Shown here piece after piece: positions 1-8,883 of a stretch of DNA of 53,864 nucleotides. The notes under the pieces are model-generated. The model searched no databases, had not been told where the DNA came from, and saw only the letters and a list, made by a program, of their open reading frames with translations. Origin of the DNA: an uncultured virus (IMG/VR IMGVR_UViG_3300042864_001264). Lineage: Duplodnaviria; Heunggongvirae; Uroviricota; Caudoviricetes. Where the stretch lies: the IMG/VR virus record IMGVR_UViG_3300042864_001264; one strand, given 5' to 3'. Both the position numbers and the translations under genes were made by a program. The stretch's first letter is position 1, and every line of letters begins with the position of its first letter.

Positions 1-1
1 A

Positions 2-1375
2 TCTAAGGTTTATTATTCAGCGACAGCACCGACCCCACCTACTGGCGGTCATAAAGAGGGAGATGCCTGGGTTGATACAGCAAACGGGAATCGCATAAAT
101 GTTTGGAATGGAACTGCCTGGGTAATAGCACAAGATTCTGAAGCTGTAAAAGCAACTGTAGCACAAAAAAATAAAACAACCTATGGAGCAACACAGCCTT
201 CTAGTCCTGTAATGGGAGACATCTGGTTCGATACTAATACTGGAATAAACTATTTTAAAGTTTATAACGGCTCAGCGTGGGTCAGAATGAAAGACTCAGA
301 TATTACCGACGCTCAGGAGCTTGCCGCAGCCGCACAGTCTTCTGCAGATTCAAAAGCACAAACTACATACGGAACAACAGAGCCAACCTCTCCAAAAGCT
401 GGAGATATTTGGTTTGATACAAATTTTGGATACTTTAAAAGATACAGCGGAACAGCTTGGGTACGAATGAAGGATGCAGACATTACAGCTGCTCAAGAAG
501 CTGCTGCTAATGCCGCAACTAACGCAGGGCAAGCATTGCTTAAAGCATCAGCATTTGGAGTAGATGGATCTCTTGTATCAAGTTTAGGGGTAAAGCTAAA
601 TAACGGAGGCTCTATATATTCAACCTATACTCAGGGCGCAACAACATTTGCTAAGACGTCATATTCAAGCACAACACCAGGCTATTTTATTGGATGGGAA
701 AATCAATCAGGAGTAATTTATCCAGCGTTTAATGTAGGTAATGATGCTGCATATGTTAGATACTCAAACTATACTCAGTCTCTTGAAGTAAAAGGTAATA
801 TTGTTAATGGTGGAGACTACTGGAATGGGAATGGATCATTTCAGTTTGGAGGACCAGCGGGAATAACAAAAGGCACATCAGGTAAAGTAACAGTTGGATC
901 AGATGTTATAGTTCAGGGAGACATTACAGCTAAGGCGCTGCTTTCTGTAAATGGCACCAAGACAGTTGATATAAATAATGCTACAATTACATTGAAAGAT
1001 ACAGGCTCTGATTTTGGTTCATTTGGGGCTATGTATATATATAACAATAACTTTGCTGACACAGCTTCATTTGGAGCAACTGGCATTAGCATGAGTCAAG
1101 GTTTACAAACTTATGCACAATTTTGGAATGGAACCGATTATAAGTTTGCAGTAGGTTCTGGGAACTCAATAACTATTGAGTCAAATGGTGGAGGCGGAGG
1201 CACTGCACGGCCAATATATTTAAATGGAGTTGTTCAAATGGTTTTTGGTATAGGGCCAACAACAGTAGTCCAAGCAACTGGAACCGATCAATTTACAAGA
1301 GCATTAAGAAATATAACAGTAGCAACTGTTGCGCCATCAGGCGGCATACAGGGAGACATCTGGATACAGATATAG
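2..1375 (+). CDS. Tail fibre / minor tail protein, 5'-truncated by the window edge
   Basis: Frame is open from position 2 (SKVYYSATAPT...). Repeated P-x-x-GD(I/A)W-x-DT...W/YNG-x-AWV units are typical of phage tail fibres. C-terminus is APSGGIQGDIWIQI. Confidence 0.8.
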   Translation, partial: SKVYYSATAPTPPTGGHKEGDAWVDTANGNRINVWNGTAWVIAQDSEAVKATVAQKNKTTYGATQPSSPVMGDIWFDTNTGINYFKVYNGSAWVRMKDSDITDAQELAAAAQSSADSKAQTTYGTTEPTSPKAGDIWFDTNFGYFKRYSGTAWVRMKDADITAAQEAAANAATNAGQALLKASAFGVDGSLVSSLGVKLNNGGSIYSTYTQGATTFAKTSYSSTTPGYFIGWENQSGVIYPAFNVGNDAAYVRYSNYTQSLEVKGNIVNGGDYWNGNGSFQFGGPAGITKGTSGKVTVGSDVIVQGDITAKALLSVNGTKTVDINNATITLKDTGSDFGSFGAMYIYNNNFADTASFGATGISMSQGLQTYAQFWNGTDYKFAVGSGNSITIESNGGGGGTARPIYLNGVVQMVFGIGPTTVVQATGTDQFTRALRNITVATVAPSGGIQGDIWIQI

Positions 1376-1383
1376 GATAGTTT

Positions 1384-4356
1384 ATGCCATCAGATATATA
1401 TGCAAAAACGTCAAGCGGCTGGTCTGGAGCTGTAAAAAAGATATATGCAAAAACAGGATCAAGCTGGTCAGCAGCAGCCAGATTTGTCTATGCCTATATA
1501 AATAGTGGTTGGACAAGAGTATGGCCGCTTTCTGGAATATATTCAACAACAAGTCCTTTTGTATCAAGAACAAATTCTTCTTCAGAATTAAGTTACGGAA
1601 CGGTACTAAGAGTTGGGTCAACAATTAGAGGTAATAGGGGAACATGGAACCCTAATGGATATACCATATCTTCATATGAATATAAATGGAGGGCATACAC
1701 TACCGAAACTGGATTAGGAACTCAATACGACTCAGGGCTCTCAACCCTTTCTGGTACTACCAATGATCAATTAATAGATGGAACAAGTTTTGATAGAGGA
1801 TGGCTAACTTTTTTTGTTAGGGCAAAGGCATCTGGAGGATCTGCATATGACGGATCCGATGAATCTTTAAGGTACTACGTTGTCAGACAAAGGCCACGCA
1901 TATCTATTGGCACAACACCGTCATTTAATAATAATTCTCCAAAAGTTGATGATGTCATGTCGTACTCCTCTTCATGGGATACATCAGATGCATATTTGCC
2001 AGAGGGAACAAGAACAACTATTAAATGGTATAGAAATTCTTCTGCCTCAACCACTGGTGGAATTGAAATTCAAAGTAGCGGGTACTCTTATACTGTCAAA
2101 GAAGCAGACATTGGTAATTATATTTATGCAGTAGAAACAACTTTTAATTCAGGATCAGACTATGACCTAGGTACCACGACTGGTGTTTCAGCTACCGCAA
2201 TAACAAGCAGCCCAGCACAATCAGGCTTACTTCCCCCAGGACCGTTAACTGTGACTACATCCTCAACAACAAGCAGTTGGTCACTAAATATAACATTCGG
2301 TGCAAATACTACTTCAGCAAAAATAGAATACGGCGGAAGTATATATTATGGATATAGCGCAACAATTACATCATCAGGAACATTTACTCCAGTCGGACCA
2401 TTTGCAAGCGATACAGAAAATTATTTTAGAGTAACCCCGTATAATCAAACCAAGCCTGGAGACCCAGTAACGGGTAGCGTAAGAACTAAAGTTCTTGTAA
2501 CACCCCCAGGACCAGCTAGAAATGTTACTGCAGATAACGTGGCTGGAAGAGACTATAATGATGGTCAAGTACTTATAACTTGGGATCCACCGTTAAATAA
2601 CGGCGGTGCTCCAGTAGACTACTATAGGGTCCAGTATGCTTATGACTATGACGTAAGCACATGGTATACGCTATCAGATAACTGGACCGCAAGTCCGATG
2701 TATGCTGGCCCATTTAGTGATGGGTATACTGTAAGGTCAAAAGTTTTTGCACATAATTCAGAAGGATATTCTGCAAGTGCGGTCTCTCCTCCACCAGGAA
2801 CTTATGTAAATACAAAGGCAGAGCCTCTAGTTATTACAAGTGCTACTCGTCAATCTTCTACATCAATTCGCGTTGCCTTTACTCCAAGCGTACTCTACGG
2901 CGGAACAAAAGGAACTGGAGGAAGCAATGTTTTATACTTCTTAAGAACAGCATCAGATGAAGGATTCACATCTAGGCAAGTTACTACTTCTCCATTTACA
3001 ATTACTGGACTAAATCCAGGATATGAGTATAGAGTCTTTATAAGAGCCTCAAATGATCAGGGAACTGCCGATTCAAATTCTGTTTATGTTTCTTTAGTAA
3101 ATCCACCAGCGATAATTTCTGGCATAACACCAGATATTACACCAAAGTCTGGCACAGCAGGAGTAACTCAATATTCTGTAAGTAATGGAGCATGGTCAGG
3201 CTCTCCAACCAGCTATACATATTCATGGAGATATAGAGAAACATCAACAATTTATCCAGCAGCACCAGGTGTAAATAATCAATCAACATATACGCCCCCA
3301 GCAAACTTTGTCACACTTTACGGAAACACATTAAGATGTGTTGTTACTGCAACCAATGCTGGAGGATCAACCGACGCCAGCTCTGGAGATGTAAGCGTTT
3401 CCGCTCCAGTATCTGCTCCTACAGGTTCTGTATCAATTTCTCCATCGGGAACAGTTCAGGCACGGACTCAAATAACCGCAACATCATCTTTTACAAACTC
3501 GCCAACTTCATCTTATATTGAAATAAGAAAAGCAACAGGAAGAACTCCTACTCAATCAGACACACTAGTTACCTCTTCTAATTCAACCCAGGTTTCACAT
3601 ACAATTACAGATTCTGAGGCATCGGGAACACCAGATAGATTTATTGCATTTGCGTATGCATCAAATTCTGGTGGAACTTCTCCAACATATTCTTCAAATG
3701 TTATTACATCAACTCCGTATGTTCCTCCAAATGTTGCCCCATCGGGAGGCTCTGTATCAGTAAGTCCCGCATCTGGCACAGCGGGATCAACTACATACAC
3801 AGCTTCAATATCTGGGTGGTCTGGAACACCTAGTACATTTAGTGCTACTTACTCATGGCAGTACATGAATACAAGTTTTTCCTGGGTTCAATTTACAACT
3901 GGATCAACTGCAATACCGCCGTCAAACGTAACGGCATATGCATGGAGAGTTGTTGCTAATGTTTCAAATGGAGTTTCTCCAAATGCCGAAGCCACATCAG
4001 CATTTTCTGTAAGTGCTCCAACTACCACCACTACAACTACTACAAGCACAACCACTACAGCATGTGTTTGTGTTTATCAGGATATGGGAGATTACCATTA
4101 TTCGCCAGACTGTTGCCCAGGTGGATCACCAAGAACTGGCTCTTTAAGTGGAAATACTGTAAATAACTGTTGCCCAAATGTTACAAAGCCAACCACTACT
4201 ACAACAACCACTACAACTGCTGGAAGGCCTACCGTATACTGGAAATGCAATCAGGCTGACGTAAATAACTCAAGCAATCCATGTACCTTTGTAGGGCAAT
4301 GTCGATTTGCTGGCAATACCTATTTTGCTGCAGGATGTACATCTTGTTGCGATTAG
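1384..4356 (+). CDS. Tail fibre/adhesin with FN3- and Ig-like domains and a Thr-run/Cys-rich C-terminus
   Basis: 990 aa, Ser/Thr-rich. FN3 motifs (ITWDPPLNNGGAPVDYYRVQY; TITGLNPGYEYRVFIRASN). Ig-like repeats (GxWSGSPTSYTYSW...LRCVVTATNAGGS). Confidence 0.75.
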   Translation: MPSDIYAKTSSGWSGAVKKIYAKTGSSWSAAARFVYAYINSGWTRVWPLSGIYSTTSPFVSRTNSSSELSYGTVLRVGSTIRGNRGTWNPNGYTISSYEYKWRAYTTETGLGTQYDSGLSTLSGTTNDQLIDGTSFDRGWLTFFVRAKASGGSAYDGSDESLRYYVVRQRPRISIGTTPSFNNNSPKVDDVMSYSSSWDTSDAYLPEGTRTTIKWYRNSSASTTGGIEIQSSGYSYTVKEADIGNYIYAVETTFNSGSDYDLGTTTGVSATAITSSPAQSGLLPPGPLTVTTSSTTSSWSLNITFGANTTSAKIEYGGSIYYGYSATITSSGTFTPVGPFASDTENYFRVTPYNQTKPGDPVTGSVRTKVLVTPPGPARNVTADNVAGRDYNDGQVLITWDPPLNNGGAPVDYYRVQYAYDYDVSTWYTLSDNWTASPMYAGPFSDGYTVRSKVFAHNSEGYSASAVSPPPGTYVNTKAEPLVITSATRQSSTSIRVAFTPSVLYGGTKGTGGSNVLYFLRTASDEGFTSRQVTTSPFTITGLNPGYEYRVFIRASNDQGTADSNSVYVSLVNPPAIISGITPDITPKSGTAGVTQYSVSNGAWSGSPTSYTYSWRYRETSTIYPAAPGVNNQSTYTPPANFVTLYGNTLRCVVTATNAGGSTDASSGDVSVSAPVSAPTGSVSISPSGTVQARTQITATSSFTNSPTSSYIEIRKATGRTPTQSDTLVTSSNSTQVSHTITDSEASGTPDRFIAFAYASNSGGTSPTYSSNVITSTPYVPPNVAPSGGSVSVSPASGTAGSTTYTASISGWSGTPSTFSATYSWQYMNTSFSWVQFTTGSTAIPPSNVTAYAWRVVANVSNGVSPNAEATSAFSVSAPTTTTTTTTSTTTTACVCVYQDMGDYHYSPDCCPGGSPRTGSLSGNTVNNCCPNVTKPTTTTTTTTTAGRPTVYWKCNQADVNNSSNPCTFVGQCRFAGNTYFAAGCTSCCD

Positions 4357-4358
4357 TA

Positions 4359-4387
4359 TTGACAAGATTATATGAAATTGGTATCAT
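4359..4387 (+). promoter_or_regulatory. Sigma70/SigA-type promoter (leaderless)
   Basis: TTGACA-17-TATCAT, with ATG 6 nt after the -10 box. Confidence 0.65.
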
Positions 4388-4393
4388 TAAATC

Positions 4394-4753
4394 ATGCTTC
4401 TAAGTAAAGATAATATACATATAGTTCTTGAAGGTCAAGAACACAATTTTAATGAAAATATACATAGTCTTGCTTGTTTTATTATTAATGAAACAGTTGT
4501 TGAAAATGGCATATACTCATTAGAACTCATAAACTTATTTAATAATTCAGTTATTGAAGAAAAAGAGCAATATGAAGATGGAGATATCTTGCTTACCTTA
4601 ACACATAAGGAAGACGGAGAAGAGCAATATATGCAGGTGGATGAGAGAATGGGATCTATTATGCTCAGTAACCCTCAATTAATTGAAGTTCCCGAAGGAT
4701 CCCAGTGGGTTGTAATAGGCTCAAAATATATAGATGGGATTTTTTATCCATGA
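4394..4753 (+). CDS. Hypothetical protein (tail-associated region)
   Basis: 119-aa ORF directly after a promoter. Confidence 0.65.
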   Translation: MLLSKDNIHIVLEGQEHNFNENIHSLACFIINETVVENGIYSLELINLFNNSVIEEKEQYEDGDILLTLTHKEDGEEQYMQVDERMGSIMLSNPQLIEVPEGSQWVVIGSKYIDGIFYP

Positions 4754-5013
4754 CAGAAAAGAATAGATTTGAACAGTATTTAGAAAAGCAAAAAGAAAGA
4801 GCTGAAAGCGAAGGCAAAAAAGATGTAAAGCCTTGGGACCTTCTTAATCCTAATACTGAGTATGTAGATTCAGAAATCTCATCAGAAAGATTTAATATAT
4901 GTAAGGTTTGTCCAGAGCTATTTCAAATGACCAAACAGTGTAAAAAGTGTGGGTGCTTTATGGCATTAAAAACTAAGTTAAAAAATGCAAGCTGCCCGAT
5001 TGGTAAATGGTAA
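4750..5013 (+). CDS. Small Cys-rich protein (CxxC...CxxCGC...C; DUF6171-like)
   Basis: ATGA overlap with the upstream stop; RFNICKVCP...CKKCGCFM...SCPIGKW. Confidence 0.7.
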   Translation: MTEKNRFEQYLEKQKERAESEGKKDVKPWDLLNPNTEYVDSEISSERFNICKVCPELFQMTKQCKKCGCFMALKTKLKNASCPIGKW

Positions 5014-5915
5014 TGGCTAGCATATTCGTTCAAATACCCTCATACCACGACCTAGAACTGGCTAGAACAATTCAGGATTGTTTAAAAAAAAGTTCAGGTA
5101 AACATGTTATAAATTTTGGAGTACATTTAACTTACTTTAATAATAACGACATTAATATTCCTAATTTAAATAATGTCAAGTTTAGTATAAGCCGTGCTCC
5201 AGATAATATAGGGGTGGGAACTTCAAGGCATATAGCAAATGAATTCTATAATGGAGAAGATTATTATTTGCAGATAGATTCTCACATGCGATTTGGTGAG
5301 TTCTGGGATGATATTCTAATTAATAATTATCTAAAGTATAAGTCTATGGGATCTAATCCAGCTATATCCTGTTACCCTGGAGCATACGAGTATAATGGAT
5401 TTGACGTGGACATTTTAAATACAAAGTCTCACGTTGCATATACTGAATTTATTCAAGAGTTAAGCTTTCAAAATAACTATGTTCCGCACCAAAGAGCAGT
5501 TGGAAATTTTGGAAACAATGTTTTTTCAAAATCTGTGTCAGCCGCATCAATATTTTCAAGTGGAGAAATGGCATCTATAAAACCAAATAAGAAGATGTTT
5601 TTTTGGGGAGAAGAAATTTTAACAGCCATAAGGCTATATACCCATGGGTTTGATATAATGTTGCCAGAGGCTCAATTCTTTTACCATCTATACTATGACC
5701 ACGCAAAAGGCTATAAAAATTTAAGAAGGCAGGTAACGGAAGATTTCCCTATAGAGTCTTCTGTTCTTGAAACAAATTCACAAAAAGAGCTTAAAAGGAT
5801 TATCATCGATAAGCCAGTGGGGGATCAAGAGCTGGGATCAATAAGGACCCTAGAAGAATACGAGTTATTTGCGGGCATCAATTTTATTGACAAAAAGATT
5901 ACGCAAGTGTTATAA
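5013..5915 (+). CDS. Glycosyltransferase, Skp1-hydroxyproline GlcNAc-transferase-like (GT-A, PF11397-like)
   Basis: SIFVQIPSYHD, YYLQIDSHMRF, FWGEE...RLYTHGFD and FYHLY motifs. Confidence 0.8.
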   Translation: MASIFVQIPSYHDLELARTIQDCLKKSSGKHVINFGVHLTYFNNNDINIPNLNNVKFSISRAPDNIGVGTSRHIANEFYNGEDYYLQIDSHMRFGEFWDDILINNYLKYKSMGSNPAISCYPGAYEYNGFDVDILNTKSHVAYTEFIQELSFQNNYVPHQRAVGNFGNNVFSKSVSAASIFSSGEMASIKPNKKMFFWGEEILTAIRLYTHGFDIMLPEAQFFYHLYYDHAKGYKNLRRQVTEDFPIESSVLETNSQKELKRIIIDKPVGDQELGSIRTLEEYELFAGINFIDKKITQVL

Positions 5916-5916
5916 T
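5887..5916 (+). promoter_or_regulatory. Promoter
   Basis: TTGACA-18-TATAAT, then AAGGAGG SD and ATG at 5934. Confidence 0.7.
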
Positions 5917-5933
5917 ATATAAGGAGGAATAAA

Positions 5934-6158
5934 ATGACAACACTATCAAAAGCAGAAAAGTTACAAATTATTGAATCAAGATCTAGAGGTATTGAGTACA
6001 AAAAGTTTGGACTAGAAATAGATCTAGTAGTAGAAAATGCTAAAACGTCACCAGACTCTGAAGCAGTTTCAGTTATTGAAGATGCTATTTCAGAATGTTC
6101 AAATCAGCTGTCTGTTCTAAATTCAGAACTTGCAGAAGTAAATGCAATAGAAGAATAA
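5934..6158 (+). CDS. Hypothetical coiled-coil protein
   Basis: 74-aa ORF with strong SD. Confidence 0.7.
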   Translation: MTTLSKAEKLQIIESRSRGIEYKKFGLEIDLVVENAKTSPDSEAVSVIEDAISECSNQLSVLNSELAEVNAIEE

Positions 6159-6163
6159 TATAA

Positions 6164-6337
6164 ATGGAAAAATTAGAATTAATTGTTAATGCCCTGCAAG
6201 AAAGAATTGGCCAGTTAGTTTCAGGATATGAAACTCAAATTGCAGTCCTTAGAGCAGAGATAACCGATATTATGAATAAGCAGGCAGCACAAGAAGAGTA
6301 TTCAAAATCTATTGATGCTAAGCTAGAAGAGGTTTAA
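6164..6337 (+). CDS. Small coiled-coil protein (57 aa, not in ORF track)
   Basis: MEKLELIVNALQERIGQLVSGYETQIAVLRAEITD...; fills the gap between its neighbours. Confidence 0.7.
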   Translation: MEKLELIVNALQERIGQLVSGYETQIAVLRAEITDIMNKQAAQEEYSKSIDAKLEEV

Positions 6338-6338
6338 A

Positions 6339-6758
6339 GTGACTGTAACATTTCAAGATGGCGAACCAGTAGACCCAAAAAAATTACAGGATTTGCAAAC
6401 TCAAATCGATAACATTTCATTAAAAGCTAATGACGCATACGATCTAAGTAAAACTACATCTGAGAATGTAACAGTCCTATCAGTAATGCATTTAAAAGCA
6501 GGCGTAGTAGAATTTGAAAATGGTCTTACCGCAGGGTTTAACAATTCAGAAACTATAGATATTGGATGGGGTGCAGACTATGTTGCATCCTATGTTACCG
6601 TAACTCCAGGAGGAAATCTTTATAAAAATAACATAAGGTACTCAGTATCTGGAGCTATTAACGCACAAAAACTAAACGTATGGTCAGAAAAAGCTGTGTC
6701 AGGACCAGTTCGTTTCCATTGGGTCTCAGCTGGTAAAAAGAATCTACCAAACCCATAA
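6339..6758 (+). CDS. Hypothetical protein (possibly virion-associated)
   Basis: 139-aa ORF, GTG start. Confidence 0.65.
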   Translation: MTVTFQDGEPVDPKKLQDLQTQIDNISLKANDAYDLSKTTSENVTVLSVMHLKAGVVEFENGLTAGFNNSETIDIGWGADYVASYVTVTPGGNLYKNNIRYSVSGAINAQKLNVWSEKAVSGPVRFHWVSAGKKNLPNP

Positions 6759-6764
6759 CAGCTA

Positions 6765-6802
6765 TTGACAACTTTTTTAAATATGTTACAATTACTGTAA
6801 CA
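6765..6802 (+). promoter_or_regulatory. Promoter with overlapping inverted repeat
   Basis: TTGACA-16-TACAAT with a TG extension; TGTTACA-N5-TGTAACA at 6784-6802. Confidence 0.55.
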
Positions 6803-6804
6803 AC

Positions 6805-6829
6805 AAAGTCACGATCTCGTGACTTTTTT
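6805..6829 (+). terminator. Stem-loop followed by T-run (terminator or 5' leader hairpin)
   Basis: AAAGTCACG-ATCT-CGTGACTTT followed by TTT. Confidence 0.5.
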
Positions 6830-6846
6830 ACATATTGAGGTAAATA

Positions 6847-7647
6847 ATGAGCAACGATTTAAAGTGGATGATCTCATCCGACCAGCAGTTCCCATATCAG
6901 GATGATAAAATGATCGCACTTTGGTTTAAGGTTATGAAGTGGTTTAAGCCAGACGTTGTTGATTACCTAGGTGATACAGATGACCAGGCATGCTACAGTA
7001 AGTATACAGAAGGCCGTTCTGCAGAATTCTTAAATCTTCATAAAACTGACAGCAGAGATTTAATTGTTCCAATGATGCGACACGAAGCAAAAGGCGCAAG
7101 AGATTTTTATGCTAAGACAAGAGATATGCTACCAGATGCACAACTATTTTCAGCACTAGGAAATCATGATGTTAGAATTTTTAACTATGTAGATGCAAAA
7201 CTTCCTGATTACATTAATGAGGTAACACCAGAAGCTCTATGGGGATTAGATTCATTGGGATATGAGTACATTCATTACAACGAATTGCCGAAGCGTCGCT
7301 TTGGAGACATTCACGTTCACCATGGACTTTCAATTGCAGCAACTGGTTCTGTTCGTAAAGATATGGAAGACCTTCAAATTTCATTAATTAGAGGGCACTC
7401 TCATAGAATTGCTTCTCACCTAGTTACATACGAGTTAAGAAATAATGGCGAAGGAGAAACTCTGCGTGGGTATGAGCTTGGGCATATGTGTGACGAAAAA
7501 GGCCCAGGAATGAAATATATGCAACACCACGATTGGCAAAAGGGTTTTGCGATTGCTCATATTGTTAACGATTATCCACATATTCAAATGATCCACGTAG
7601 CGCCAGACTACTCATGTGTTGTTGATGGGAAGCTATTTACACTATGA
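6847..7647 (+). CDS. Metallophosphoesterase (calcineurin-like)
   Basis: SDQQ, LGDTDD, GNHD, HHG and GHSH motifs. Confidence 0.85.
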   Translation: MSNDLKWMISSDQQFPYQDDKMIALWFKVMKWFKPDVVDYLGDTDDQACYSKYTEGRSAEFLNLHKTDSRDLIVPMMRHEAKGARDFYAKTRDMLPDAQLFSALGNHDVRIFNYVDAKLPDYINEVTPEALWGLDSLGYEYIHYNELPKRRFGDIHVHHGLSIAATGSVRKDMEDLQISLIRGHSHRIASHLVTYELRNNGEGETLRGYELGHMCDEKGPGMKYMQHHDWQKGFAIAHIVNDYPHIQMIHVAPDYSCVVDGKLFTL

Positions 7648-7835
7648 TGCTCAATTGTACTAAATGCAGGGGAAGAGTATTTATTGACAGAGTCTTTTCT
7701 CAAAAGTTGCACATGGAATTGTTTTGCGTAATGTGTGGCAAAAGATGGATGATCAATAAAGATACAAGTAAACTAGGGAAATGGTTAGAGCAATTAGAAA
7801 AAACAAAAGAAAAAAGTTTAGCTATTTCTTCCTAA
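7644..7835 (+). CDS. Small zinc-ribbon protein
   Basis: CTKC...CVMCG. Confidence 0.7.
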   Translation: MMLNCTKCRGRVFIDRVFSQKLHMELFCVMCGKRWMINKDTSKLGKWLEQLEKTKEKSLAISS

Positions 7836-8263
7836 ACAATAAGATACACAAAGTTCTCAGCTCATCTTGGGCAAAAGACGAGCTTATTGCTTGGTGCTAT
7901 CCAGATAAAAAAAGAGTCATGTATTCATATTCTCAGGTTGTTAAAAGCATGGAGAATGCATATTCTACAAAGCAGGTTGCTCAAATACTAAATAAGCATA
8001 AGGTAACTATTGAAGATTATATCTTAGACGGCAAAATAAGATATCCTCAAAAAGTCTACCCTATTGGAAATGATGAGAGCACATGGTATAAATTTATGTA
8101 TAGCGAGTCTGATATAATCGATATACATCAGTTTATATTAGAAGCGGGATATTCAAAAGATATGCCGTCAAAAAATGAGTTGAGGGCTCTTCTCAAACAC
8201 AACACTATATTGTATACTAAGACAACAGAGGGGAACTTTGTACCAGTATGGAAAGCAGAGTAG
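7781..8263 (+). CDS. Putative HTH DNA-binding protein
   Basis: YSTKQVAQILNKHKVTIEDYILDGKI resembles a MerR/excisionase-type HTH. Confidence 0.6.
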   Translation: MVRAIRKNKRKKFSYFFLNNKIHKVLSSSWAKDELIAWCYPDKKRVMYSYSQVVKSMENAYSTKQVAQILNKHKVTIEDYILDGKIRYPQKVYPIGNDESTWYKFMYSESDIIDIHQFILEAGYSKDMPSKNELRALLKHNTILYTKTTEGNFVPVWKAE

Positions 8264-8370
8264 TACCAGCAAGAGTTGTTGTATGCGAATTATGTAAGAA
8301 AGAATTGGTAGTGCGTTGGGGCATTTTTGCCCATGACACTTTGAGCAGACATAGGAAGGCGGATCATTAA
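8248..8370 (+). CDS. Micro-protein with C2H2-like zinc finger (40 aa)
   Basis: MESRVVPARVVVCELCKKELVVRWGIFAHDTLSRHRKADH; TAATG coupling to the next gene. Confidence 0.55.
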   Translation: MESRVVPARVVVCELCKKELVVRWGIFAHDTLSRHRKADH

Positions 8371-8579
8371 TGGAAAAAGGAACACACGTCAGAGTGGATC
8401 TATCCTTTACACGTAACTTGGGTAATTTTGAAAGTATAAAAATAGGAATTGGCGTAGATGACTTCGTTAGAGACGGAGAGACAGTCACAGCTGCAACAGA
8501 TAGAGTATACAAGTTTGTTGAAGATAAGCTTTTAGAAAAGACTCGTGAAGTAGAAGAAGAGCTCAAGCGTGGCAAATGA
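8370..8579 (+). CDS. Hypothetical protein
   Basis: 69-aa ORF in a coupled operon. Confidence 0.7.
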   Translation: MEKGTHVRVDLSFTRNLGNFESIKIGIGVDDFVRDGETVTAATDRVYKFVEDKLLEKTREVEEELKRGK

Positions 8580-8883
8580 AAAGCAGCCGTACATCCTAAT
8601 TAGCCTATACCTTTCTTTGTATAAAGAAAAATACAATAAGGTTTTGACTATTAATAAGTTTAGAGAAAAGTGGGCTATGCAAGATGTTATTGATAGTGTA
8701 GGATATGATCGTGCAGTTGAGCTTTTAAAGTATTATTTCAAGACGGCAAAGTCGGGACACCCACTTAACTTCTTCTATAATAACTTTGATAGAATTGATA
8801 ATTTAGAAAAAGAAATTAAGAAGGATAAGGCAGTTCGCAGTGTCCTTCTAGAAGAAACTAAGAAGATGGTGGAAAACGAATAA
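8569..8883 (+). CDS. Hypothetical protein (possible helicase loader)
   Basis: Immediately upstream of DnaB; function inferred from position only. Confidence 0.6.
   Translation: MANEKQPYILISLYLSLYKEKYNKVLTINKFREKWAMQDVIDSVGYDRAVELLKYYFKTAKSGHPLNFFYNNFDRIDNLEKEIKKDKAVRSVLLEETKKMVENE

Noticed and set aside
200..520. Near-duplicate segments in the tail fibre as DGR template/variable repeats
   Set aside because: They are in-frame protein repeats differing mostly at synonymous sites, and no reverse transcriptase is present in the window.
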